A stretch of DNA of 20,000 nucleotides from an uncultured virus (IMG/VR IMGVR_UViG_3300017991_003073) (lineage: Duplodnaviria; Heunggongvirae; Uroviricota; Caudoviricetes). The notes beneath the pieces were generated by a model. That model saw nothing but the letters and a program-made list of their open reading frames with translations, did no database searches and was not told where the DNA came from. Each line of letters begins with the position of its first letter. The stretch's first letter is position 1. Made by a program: the position numbers and the translations under genes. The stretch lies in the IMG/VR virus record IMGVR_UViG_3300017991_003073. One strand, written 5' to 3'. Shown here one piece after another: positions 8,365-16,401 of the stretch.

Positions 8365-8604
8365 ATGAACTTCCACGAAGGTGACCGTGTGGCCTACTCA
8401 GTCGGCTGGCTCCGTTCGGTCATGGCTACTACAGGTGAACTGCCCTTCCGTCGTGGGACCGTGGTCGGGGAAGAGCAACCAATCGCCCCTAGTGCCCCGA
8501 ATGTTGTTCGTGTCCGCTGGGATGACAAGCCCGACGATCCAAAATTGGTTCTGGTGACCAACCTAGCCCATCCCGGCCTGAATACCGATTTCTGTAGCTG
8601 CTAA
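8365..8604 (+). CDS. Small SH3/KOW-like beta-barrel protein (79 aa)
   Basis: Pattern FHEGDRVAY...RGTVVG...VRVRWDD; starts 4 nt after the upstream stop. Confidence 0.7.
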   Translation: MNFHEGDRVAYSVGWLRSVMATTGELPFRRGTVVGEEQPIAPSAPNVVRVRWDDKPDDPKLVLVTNLAHPGLNTDFCSC

Positions 8605-8618
8605 CCCTGGAGAACACC

Positions 8619-8822
8619 ATGTCCACAGAGCAAGAGGCGACCGAAGATCGCCTGTTCCTGCAAGAGATCATCAATGATCTGGAAAAGAATGGCTACGTGC
8701 GTGGAGGAAAGGCGCAGACCATGTTGCGCGACTGGTCTGCAACCCTTCGCAGCAAAGCCCCACGGACTCGCGGTAAGCTGAAACGGGTCCACGCCGAATT
8801 GGTGGGCCGCGAACTGTATTAG
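8619..8822 (+). CDS. Hypothetical protein (67 aa)
   Basis: GGAG before the ATG; last gene before a terminator hairpin. Confidence 0.75.
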   Translation: MSTEQEATEDRLFLQEIINDLEKNGYVRGGKAQTMLRDWSATLRSKAPRTRGKLKRVHAELVGRELY

Positions 8823-8839
8823 GGAACTAACATTTCTTG

Positions 8840-8883
8840 GGAGCCCTCCTGCGTCACGATATGCTGGAGGGCTCCTCTTGTTT
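8840..8883 (+). terminator. Intrinsic terminator upstream of nrdJ
   Basis: GGAGCCCTCC (8840-8849) pairs with GGAGGGCTCC (8866-8875) in a perfect 10-bp stem that extends inward, followed by TCTTGTTT. Confidence 0.7.
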
Positions 8884-8924
8884 CGAGCCTCTGTTTCCCG
8901 CGTCCTGAGCGAAAGGCACCACCG

Positions 8925-11627
8925 ATGCGATTTGAGAGATGTTTCGCCCTTCAAGGGGATCCAATGGATGCGATCCAGTGGGTCCAGGCCACCGCGACTA
9001 TCCAAGGGCCGGACGGCAAGACCATCTTCCAACAGGAGGGGGTGGAGGTCCCCGCCGACTGGAGCCAACAAGCAATCGACACCGTAGCCTCCAAGTACTT
9101 CCGGGGGGCCTTGGATACGGAAGAGCGTGAGACTTCCGTACGCGGTCTCATTGGCCGGGTGGTGGACACTATCGCTACCTGGGCGAAGGAGGATGGCTAC
9201 TTCGATGACGACGACGGCGTGTCGCTCGCGAACTTCCATGCGGACCTGAAGTGGCTGATCGTCCATCAATACGCGACGTTCAATAGCCCTGTGTGGTTCA
9301 ACGTCGGCTTCTCCGACCACCCTCAAGGCTCGGCTTGCTTTATCCTATCGGTGGACGACACGATGGAGTCGATCCTCGACCTTGCGAAGACCGAAGGGCT
9401 TATCTTCCGGGATGGGTCGGGGTGCGGCACCAACCTCAGCACCCTTCGGAGTACTCACGACCGGTTGAGCGGAGGTGGTCGTCCTTCGGGGCCGGTGAGT
9501 TTTATGAAGGGCTATGACGCCTTCGCGGGAGTTATCAAAAGTGGTGGCAAGGTGCGGCGGGCGGCGAAGATGCAGATCCTCGACGTGGACCATCCCGACA
9601 TCGTGGAGTTCATCGAGGCCAAGGCGCTAGAAGAACGAAAGGCTCACGCGCTGGCAGCGGCAGGCTTCTCGGCCAACATGGACGGGGAAGCGTACGGTTC
9701 GGTGTTCTTCCAAAATGCTAATCTCAGCGTCCGGGCGTCGGATGCCTTCATGGAAGCAGTGGAGCAAGATGGGGACTGGGATCTTCGACTTGTTCTCAAT
9801 GGCCGGGACGTGGTCGAGACGATCAAGGCTCGGGAACTCCTCCGCCGCATCGCTACGGGAACGCATACCTGCGGGGATCCGGGGATGTTGTTCGGGGATA
9901 ACATCAACCGCTGGAACCCGATGGCGCAGGAAGGATCGGTCATTCGGGCCAGTAATCCGTGTGGAGAGTTTCTCTGTGTGGACAACTCAGCATGTAACTT
10001 GGCTTCTCTGAACCTCCTCCGGTTCTGGGATAGGGCCAAGGGATTTGCGGTGTCGCAGTTCAAGAACGCAGTGCGTATCTTCATCACCGCGATGGATGCC
10101 ATCGTCCACCGCGCCAAGTACCCTACACCGGAGGTAACGGCCAACTCACACCGGTATCGCCCGTTGGGCCTCGGGTACGCGAATCTAGGGGCACTCCTGA
10201 TGGCGGCGGGGACGCCCTACGACTCCGACGCCGGTCGCACCCTGGCGGCGAACGTTACGAGTCTCCTGACGGCGGAGGCTTATCTCACCTCTGCGGGCAT
10301 CGCTTCGGATCGTGGTCCGTGCGAAGCGTGGGCTCCGAATCGGCAGTCGATGCGGGACGTAATCGCTCGACACCAGCAAGCGTCTACGAAGCTGGTCACC
10401 GCTCCCATTCCGAACGGAGACGAACTAGGGGAGGCCCAAGGCGGCAGCTGGGATCGTGTTCTCGCCTACGCAGACAAGGAAGACTGCGATGGGTTCGCTA
10501 ACCTCCAAACGAGTCTGCTGGCTCCTACTGGGACTGTAGCCTTTATGATGGACTGCGATACCACTGGCATCGAGCCTGAAATCGCTCTGGTCCGTCGTAA
10601 GGATTTAGCAGGCGGGGGGACGATGATCCTCTCGAACCGTACGGTGGTAGTGGGGCTGGAGGCCCTGGGATACACCCCTACCGAGATCGAGGGGATCACC
10701 AAACACCTGGAACTGCTCAAGACCATCGAGGGGGCTCCAGGTCTGCGCCCCGAACACGAAGCCGTTTTCGACTGTGCCTTCAAGCCCCTGAACGGTAAGC
10801 GGTTCATCCGTCCTTCGGGGCACATTGGGATGATGGCGGCAGTCCAGCCTTTCCTCTCCATGGGGATCAGCAAGACCGTCAACATGCCGCGAGAGGCTAC
10901 TGTCGAGGACATCGAGAAGACTTACATCGATGCCTGGGAGAGGGGGCTCAAGGCTGTGGCCATCTACCGCGACGGTTCCAAGGTCACGCAAGCCGTTACC
11001 GCTGCTGGGAAGGTGGATCGTACCGGCCCAAACTATGGTCCTCCTAAGATGCCTGAGCGGCACCGACTGGCGACGAAGCGTCGGAGCGAGACGCACAAGT
11101 TCCAGATCGCCAACCATGAAGGGTATGCCACTATCGGTTTCTACCCCAACGGGAAGGTCGCCGAGATCTTCCTCAAGATGGCTAAGGAGGGATCTACGGT
11201 GTCGGGGTTCCTCGACTCCTTTGCTACGGCGATGTCGATGATGCTCCAGTCGGGCATCCCCATCGAGGTGCTAATCCGGAAGTTCGCGTTCAGTCGGTTC
11301 GAGCCTGCTGGACGGTCCACCGATACGCGGGTGGGATACGCACGAAGCCCCATCGATTACATCATGCGGTACATCGACCATGAGTACTACGGAGGGACCG
11401 TGATTAACCCTGAGGTGAATGGGGGGAGGCACGACACAGGGGTTTTCGACCAGAAGGAAGTGGAGGCCAAACTGAAAGGGATGCTCAGTAAGGAAGGTCC
11501 GCAGGCTTTAGCAGGTATTGTCGAGGTCCACGACACTAAGCCCTGCTCCAAATGCGGTGACATTGCTATCCGCGTCGGGCGGTGCTACCGCTGCCTCTCC
11601 TGTAAGACCAGCGACGGCTGCGATTAG
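8925..11627 (+). CDS. nrdJ: Class II (adenosylcobalamin-dependent) ribonucleotide reductase with C-terminal TSCPD-like domain and zinc ribbon, 900 aa
   Basis: Motifs FNSPVWFNVG, SACFIL, RRAAKM, NPCGE (thiyl-radical Cys), ACNLASLNL, RPLGLGYAN, APTGT, ISKTVN and GLKAVAIYRDGSK. C-terminal THKF...EIFLKMAKEGST and CSKCG...CYRCLSC...GC. No N-terminal ATP cone and no visible intein. Confidence 0.97.
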   Translation: MRFERCFALQGDPMDAIQWVQATATIQGPDGKTIFQQEGVEVPADWSQQAIDTVASKYFRGALDTEERETSVRGLIGRVVDTIATWAKEDGYFDDDDGVSLANFHADLKWLIVHQYATFNSPVWFNVGFSDHPQGSACFILSVDDTMESILDLAKTEGLIFRDGSGCGTNLSTLRSTHDRLSGGGRPSGPVSFMKGYDAFAGVIKSGGKVRRAAKMQILDVDHPDIVEFIEAKALEERKAHALAAAGFSANMDGEAYGSVFFQNANLSVRASDAFMEAVEQDGDWDLRLVLNGRDVVETIKARELLRRIATGTHTCGDPGMLFGDNINRWNPMAQEGSVIRASNPCGEFLCVDNSACNLASLNLLRFWDRAKGFAVSQFKNAVRIFITAMDAIVHRAKYPTPEVTANSHRYRPLGLGYANLGALLMAAGTPYDSDAGRTLAANVTSLLTAEAYLTSAGIASDRGPCEAWAPNRQSMRDVIARHQQASTKLVTAPIPNGDELGEAQGGSWDRVLAYADKEDCDGFANLQTSLLAPTGTVAFMMDCDTTGIEPEIALVRRKDLAGGGTMILSNRTVVVGLEALGYTPTEIEGITKHLELLKTIEGAPGLRPEHEAVFDCAFKPLNGKRFIRPSGHIGMMAAVQPFLSMGISKTVNMPREATVEDIEKTYIDAWERGLKAVAIYRDGSKVTQAVTAAGKVDRTGPNYGPPKMPERHRLATKRRSETHKFQIANHEGYATIGFYPNGKVAEIFLKMAKEGSTVSGFLDSFATAMSMMLQSGIPIEVLIRKFAFSRFEPAGRSTDTRVGYARSPIDYIMRYIDHEYYGGTVINPEVNGGRHDTGVFDQKEVEAKLKGMLSKEGPQALAGIVEVHDTKPCSKCGDIAIRVGRCYRCLSCKTSDGCD

Positions 11628-11630
11628 TGC

Positions 11631-11723
11631 TTGACGGTTACTTGATCGACTAACCATCCGAGCCACTAGAAGGGCGTTGGGAGCCGATCCTGACGCCCCT
11701 CTTGTTTGATGGTTACTTGATCG
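11631..11723. repeat. 18-bp direct repeat flanking the nrdJ terminator
   Basis: TTGACGGTTACTTGATCG (11631-11648) and TTGATGGTTACTTGATCG (11706-11723), 17/18 identical. Confidence 0.75.
11668..11707 (+). terminator. Intrinsic terminator downstream of nrdJ
   Basis: Stem AGAAGGGCGTTGGGA-GCCGA-TCCTGACGCCCCTCT (G-U pairs, one mismatch), then TGTTT. Confidence 0.65.
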
Positions 11724-11768
11724 GGTTTACTGAAGGCCCTACCAATCTCTTACCCAAGGAGTGAAGTG

Positions 11769-12308
11769 ATGAGCGAATCGGAACAGAAGCCTGAGCCCAC
11801 CTACCTGGAGATGGCGAAGCGTCTTGTCGCTGGAGAAACCGTCGAAGCCCAGGGTCTGTTTTGGAAACTCAAGGGGAGTCACAAGGCCCTGTCCCTTCAC
11901 CGATCTCCGGATGCCTTGGCCAGCTACGAAGTGGAAGCGTTGTGTTGGGCGGGGTGGATCGAGGGACATGGGCCAGAGGATCCGAACTACCTTTTCCTCA
12001 ACTACACCGTCTTCAAAGAGGAGCAGGACACCCACCGAGGATTTGATTTCTGGCACGGGGTCGGGTCGGCTCTAGTACTGGTGCTGTACTTGTTGGAACA
12101 GCAGGAAGAGATGCCGCAGCTACCGTGGCTCAAGACCAAGAACGCAGAGCCCTTGCGACGGTTGAAGTCTTCCTTCACCTCCTACACGCGGTATGATGAA
12201 GGCGAGATCGAACCGTGGATCGAGTCGGGATCAGCAGTTCCTCTAGGGGACCACCACAAGCACCCGGAGGTCCGCAAGATCCAGAGGCCTAAGATCAAGG
12301 GCAAGTAG
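11769..12308 (+). CDS. Hypothetical protein (~179 aa)
   Basis: AAGGAG at 11756-11761; start is ATG 11769 or GTG 11766; tightly coupled to the next gene. Confidence 0.8.
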   Translation: MSESEQKPEPTYLEMAKRLVAGETVEAQGLFWKLKGSHKALSLHRSPDALASYEVEALCWAGWIEGHGPEDPNYLFLNYTVFKEEQDTHRGFDFWHGVGSALVLVLYLLEQQEEMPQLPWLKTKNAEPLRRLKSSFTSYTRYDEGEIEPWIESGSAVPLGDHHKHPEVRKIQRPKIKGK

Positions 12309-12310
12309 CT

Positions 12311-12811
12311 ATGGCTCAGATGCAATACGAAGTCATCCAGGATTCCATCGGGCGGCAGGAGGGACACAACCTCCTGGGCCGACTCAACCTGATGCAGTAC
12401 CTGATGGATAAAATCGGCCTCCTGAGTTGGGAGGCGCACCTGCGGGATGTTGAAGGTGATCCCGAGGACTCGATACGGGCTGTGGATCTGCAAGAGGATC
12501 CTAGCCGTGGCGAAGAACTCATCGAAAGGGATAGCAGCTACGAGTTCTGGTTCACCGATTACCACGGGAACGAGATGCTTGCCATGGTTCCGGTTCTGTT
12601 GAAGGAGACGAGGCCGAGCATCGTCGGTCCAAAAGAGTTCACAGTGTCGGGGCTCCTCGTTCGCGGATACGATGGGGATGGGGACGAGGTAGATCTGAAA
12701 GCAGTGGTGAACGTGTCGGACGGGATCGCAGAGATGCTCGCTTATTTCATGGGAATATGGGAAAGCGAGTGGGGTCTTCCAGAGGACGACGGGGAGCCGG
12801 GGCCGTACTAG
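12311..12811 (+). CDS. Acidic hypothetical protein (166 aa)
   Basis: Lies 2 nt after the upstream stop and 3 nt before the downstream start; D/E-rich. Confidence 0.8.
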   Translation: MAQMQYEVIQDSIGRQEGHNLLGRLNLMQYLMDKIGLLSWEAHLRDVEGDPEDSIRAVDLQEDPSRGEELIERDSSYEFWFTDYHGNEMLAMVPVLLKETRPSIVGPKEFTVSGLLVRGYDGDGDEVDLKAVVNVSDGIAEMLAYFMGIWESEWGLPEDDGEPGPY

Positions 12812-12814
12812 CTG

Positions 12815-14800
12815 ATGTACCTCACTGTTGGTCGATCCTCCATCGAACGGCACCGCACGGCTATCGAGCGGTCGTCGTTGTCTAGGCCCGTTCGGATGGC
12901 CTTGGATGATGGTGTCATCGACCATGGTACTGAAGTTCTGGACTACGGATGCGGCAAGGGCGGAGATGTAGAACGTCTCCGAGCGAAGGGCGTCTCTGTC
13001 CGTGGGTATGACCCTCACTATGAACCAGAGGGAGACCGGTCTCCTGCGGATGTTGTTGCATTGATCTACGTTGTCAATGTGATCGAAGATCCGAAGGAGA
13101 GGGCGAAGGTACTGCGTACTGCGTGGAAGGCAGCAAAGAAGGCCCTGGTAGTAGCTGCCCGGTTGGAGTCGGAGAACAAGGGTGGAGGCGAGTCCTACCG
13201 CGATGGGGTTCGGACTTCGCTGAACACCTTCCAGAAATACTTCACCCAGGGTGAACTCGCGGATTGGATCCAGGAGGTCTTGGGCCAAGAGGTTGTTCCA
13301 GCTGGACCTGGGGTCTTCTACGTAGTTCGGGACAAATCCCTACGAAAACGGTTGGAAGAGCAAGCCACGCCGCTGGCTGTGGGTACAGTAGGTGGTCCCG
13401 TGGCTGGAATGCGTCGAGTTGGGAAAGTGATCGGAGGTAGACACTACGTCCATCGGGACTATGCCCACCTCGTCGTACCGCGACGGGCACTAGACCGTGC
13501 TGTTCGCATAGCCGAGGAGATTTATCCGAACCACACTTGGGAGATGGTTCGGTATCGATCCTCGACCGGGGACGTTACCTTCATCGACTCTCCCGATTTC
13601 AATGAAGCCAATGAGCCTACGGTCGGAGACTCAGTCACCGTTCGCTCGAATGGGGCAGCGACCCGACGAGCCGCACCCGCCGACCCGGAGATCTGGCATC
13701 ACAAGTGGATGTTCGTAGGGGACGACTACCAGGGTTTCGATGTACAGGAAAGCAAGGAACGGTCCGAGTTGTGGGCACCTCACGTCCCGGCGGAGGAGAA
13801 GAGCCGGATCGGGAGGAAAGGGTACTGGGAGTCCGTGCGTACTCGATGGGAGACCGTGGGTGGGTCGAAGGCGAGGCACCGGAAGTGGTCCCTCACTCCC
13901 ACCCAATACAAAACGTTGATGGCCTTCCTCAGCGACGAACTGGTATGTCCCTACTGCGGTGAGACCCTCGACTGGGTAGAGTATTGCGATATCCTCCAGC
14001 AGGGGGAGATGTCAGGGTTTCCTGATACGCTGGCAGTGCAACACTGCTGCCTTGACTGGCGCGATCATCTCCTTAGCTACGGCTTCGAGGCGACCTACGG
14101 ATTCCCGCCGGAAGCCCTGGTGAATGAACTGAAGGGTGGTGCCGAGGACGTGCGGGAGGTGAAGCCGGAGGGCGATATCCGTTTGCCCTTGCGAGGTCGT
14201 GTCACCCCCAAACAGAGAGGTGCCCAGAAGCAAGTCTTCGATCTCATCGAGAAGCACCACTCCCACCACGGCCCTCCCGTGGGATGGAAGTTCGGTATCG
14301 AGGCATGGTCGGGTCGAACCCGTGTAGGGGTAGGGGTCGTAGGTCGTCCGGTGAGCCGTGTTCTCCAGAAGGACCGACCCGGTACCCTGGAAGTCACTCG
14401 GGTCTGTGTCTGGGGCGATCCTTGGCTACGGCGGAACGCTGCATCGAAGTTGTACGGGGTAGCTGCGGCAGAGGCGCGGCGGCTCGGGTACACCCAGCTA
14501 ATCACCTACACCCTCGAAGAGGAGGAGGCCGCGAGTGTTCGAGCCGCAGGGTTCGAGAAAGAGGGTAGGACGAAAGGTGGTAGTTGGGACACCCCCTCTC
14601 GGCGGCGGAAGGTGAAAGGCCCGACCGGGCGGAAGGTCCGTTGGGCGCTCCCCCTCCGGCCTCGCCGTAAGGCTGTTGTTGAAGATGCTCAGGGGAAACG
14701 AGGCACAGTGGTGGCTGAGACGCCCCAGGGCGTTCGGGTGCGTCTCGATAGCGGCGAGCAGGTGGAATACGCAGACGGTCAGCTGCGGGTGGTGGGGTAG
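12815..14800 (+). CDS. Multidomain DNA-modification-type protein: SAM methyltransferase (phosphorothioation-associated putative methyltransferase type) + companion domain + Cys cluster + XF1762/Mom-like GNAT domain + SH3-like tail (661 aa)
   Basis: aa ~10-180: IERHRTAI...SRPV, VLDYGCGKGGD, GYDP, YVVNVIED, TFQKYFTQ. aa ~200-345: VGKVIGGRHYVH, SPDF...EP, HHKWMFVGDDY, IGRKGYW. Then CPYC...CC. aa ~480-612: HHSHHGPPVGWKF, VGRPVSR, LEVTRVC, NAASKLYG, LGY...ITYTL, GGSW..PSR. Tail RGTVV...VRVRLD. Confidence 0.82.
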   Translation: MYLTVGRSSIERHRTAIERSSLSRPVRMALDDGVIDHGTEVLDYGCGKGGDVERLRAKGVSVRGYDPHYEPEGDRSPADVVALIYVVNVIEDPKERAKVLRTAWKAAKKALVVAARLESENKGGGESYRDGVRTSLNTFQKYFTQGELADWIQEVLGQEVVPAGPGVFYVVRDKSLRKRLEEQATPLAVGTVGGPVAGMRRVGKVIGGRHYVHRDYAHLVVPRRALDRAVRIAEEIYPNHTWEMVRYRSSTGDVTFIDSPDFNEANEPTVGDSVTVRSNGAATRRAAPADPEIWHHKWMFVGDDYQGFDVQESKERSELWAPHVPAEEKSRIGRKGYWESVRTRWETVGGSKARHRKWSLTPTQYKTLMAFLSDELVCPYCGETLDWVEYCDILQQGEMSGFPDTLAVQHCCLDWRDHLLSYGFEATYGFPPEALVNELKGGAEDVREVKPEGDIRLPLRGRVTPKQRGAQKQVFDLIEKHHSHHGPPVGWKFGIEAWSGRTRVGVGVVGRPVSRVLQKDRPGTLEVTRVCVWGDPWLRRNAASKLYGVAAAEARRLGYTQLITYTLEEEEAASVRAAGFEKEGRTKGGSWDTPSRRRKVKGPTGRKVRWALPLRPRRKAVVEDAQGKRGTVVAETPQGVRVRLDSGEQVEYADGQLRVVG

Positions 14801-14809
14801 GACCGAACC

Positions 14810-14834
14810 TCGAAACTGAAAAAGTTTTTCACTT
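14810..14834. repeat. 25-bp leader motif, copy 2 (operator-like, perfect dyad)
   Basis: TCGAAACTGAAAAAGTTTTTCACTT contains the perfect inverted repeat TGAAAAA-G-TTTTTCA; 22/25 identical to 6948-6972. Confidence 0.75.
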
Positions 14835-14919
14835 TCGGCCATTTTCATACAATAGTATGGAGTTACACCACTATACGTAATAGCCCCCTAGCCCGACCTT
14901 CACCCTACAGGAGGTTCCG

Positions 14920-16401
14920 ATGGCGAGTGCGAATGCTACGAAGTCCGCTGACTGGTTCGCAGTGGACAAGGATGGTTTGAGCCAGATCCTCAACCGACGC
15001 GGCGTCCATGTCCTGATCCTGGAGTTGCTCCAGAATGCGTGGGACCAGGACGTGACTCGTGTGGACGTGATCCTGAAACCAGTTCCCGGTAGGCCCCTAG
15101 TCGAGGTGCGGGTGGAGGACGATGACCCGAACGGGTTCGAGAATCTCCGCGACTCCTTCACCCTCTTCCGGGAGACCTCGAAGCGGCGGTCCCCCAACAA
15201 GAGGGGGCGGTTCAACTTCGGGGAGAAGGCGGTCCTCTGCTGCTGCACCGAAGCCTCGGTGAGTAGCACCACCGGTACTGTGCGGTTCACGGAAGAGGGG
15301 CGCACCCGATCCCGGAAGCGAACGGCGGCGGGCAGTGTGTTCGAGGGGACCATGCGGATGACCCGCGAGGCATACACTGCCGCCGAGGCCATCCTCCACA
15401 GTCTTCCCGCCCCTCCTGTTGATACCTACGTCAACGGGGTGCTGCTAGAGCGGCGAGATCCGCTCGCGTCGTTCGAGGCGCGGCTGCTGACCGAATCTGC
15501 CAACGACGAGGGACAGTTGAATCGGTACGAGCGCAACACGACCGTCCAGGTATACGAGTGCCTCGAAGACGAGGAGCCGCAACTGTTCGAGATGGGGATC
15601 CCGGTTGTCGGTTTGGGGGAGGACTATCCTTGGCACGTAGACGTGCAACAGCGGTGTCCGGTGAACATGGATCGGGACAACGTGCCGCCGTCCTTCCTCC
15701 GCTCCTTGAACGTGTATCTTACCAACGAGATGCACACCCGGTTGGACGAGGACGCTGCGGCCTCGACTTGGGCTACGGATGCCCTCGAAGACGAGCGGTG
15801 CAGTCCCGAAGCGACGGAGGCCATTCTCACCAAGAGGTTCGGGGAGAAGCGGGTGGCCTATGACCCGAGCGATCCGGAGGCCAACAAGATCGCGGCCTCG
15901 AAGGGGTATACGGTCGTGGCGGGAGGGAGCCTTTCGAGGGCGGCTTGGCAGCAGTCCAAGAGCGGCGGCTTCATCAAACCCGCTGGACAGGTTACCCCTA
16001 GTCCGAAGGTTCTGCTGAGCCCGGACGCTCCGTGTGACGCTGTACCTATGGGCAAGTGGTCCGAGGGTATGCGGCGGGTAGTGGAGTACGCGGAGGCTCT
16101 TGGGGAGCGTCTGCTGGGCTTCGTCCCGGATGTGGGCATCGTCAGCAACAAGGGGATTGGGGCGTCGGCGTTCTACGGTGACCGTAGCCTGCGCTTCAAT
16201 CTGGTCCGACTGGGGCGGCGTTGGTTCGAGCGGATCGACCGGGGGACCAACCGGCTCCTGTTGCACGAGTTCGCACACGAGTTCTCTTCGGATCACCTGA
16301 GCAGTGCTTTCCACGATGCCATTGCGAAGCTGGGCGCGAAGCTGGCTGAAGTGGCTCTGGAGGATCCTGACTTCTTTACTCGACACGGATACCAAGCATG
16401 A
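14920..16401 (+). CDS. GHKL (HATPase_c) ATPase fused to a C-terminal HExxH zincin-like domain (493 aa)
   Basis: ILELLQNAWD (N box), VEDDDPNGF (G1), RGRFNFGEK (G2), GSVF; C-terminal LLLHEFAH...H...F. AGGAGG RBS at 14909-14914. Confidence 0.8.
   Translation: MASANATKSADWFAVDKDGLSQILNRRGVHVLILELLQNAWDQDVTRVDVILKPVPGRPLVEVRVEDDDPNGFENLRDSFTLFRETSKRRSPNKRGRFNFGEKAVLCCCTEASVSSTTGTVRFTEEGRTRSRKRTAAGSVFEGTMRMTREAYTAAEAILHSLPAPPVDTYVNGVLLERRDPLASFEARLLTESANDEGQLNRYERNTTVQVYECLEDEEPQLFEMGIPVVGLGEDYPWHVDVQQRCPVNMDRDNVPPSFLRSLNVYLTNEMHTRLDEDAAASTWATDALEDERCSPEATEAILTKRFGEKRVAYDPSDPEANKIAASKGYTVVAGGSLSRAAWQQSKSGGFIKPAGQVTPSPKVLLSPDAPCDAVPMGKWSEGMRRVVEYAEALGERLLGFVPDVGIVSNKGIGASAFYGDRSLRFNLVRLGRRWFERIDRGTNRLLLHEFAHEFSSDHLSSAFHDAIAKLGAKLAEVALEDPDFFTRHGYQA

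Noticed and set aside
8823..8924. Cobalamin riboswitch upstream of nrdJ
   Set aside because: The region is only about 100 nt, is mostly a terminator hairpin, and has no B12-box.
8601..11353. Multiple minus-strand ORFs over nrdJ
   Set aside because: They overlap a highly conserved enzyme gene on the opposite strand.
12182..13288. 368-aa minus-strand ORF
   Set aside because: Antisense to three coupled plus-strand genes, including a clear methyltransferase. Long shadow ORFs are expected at this GC content.
14868..14883. NrdR-box-like CCACTATACGTAATAG (and TCACTATA at 7064)
   Set aside because: Only the left half resembles the consensus, and neither site is directly upstream of nrdJ.
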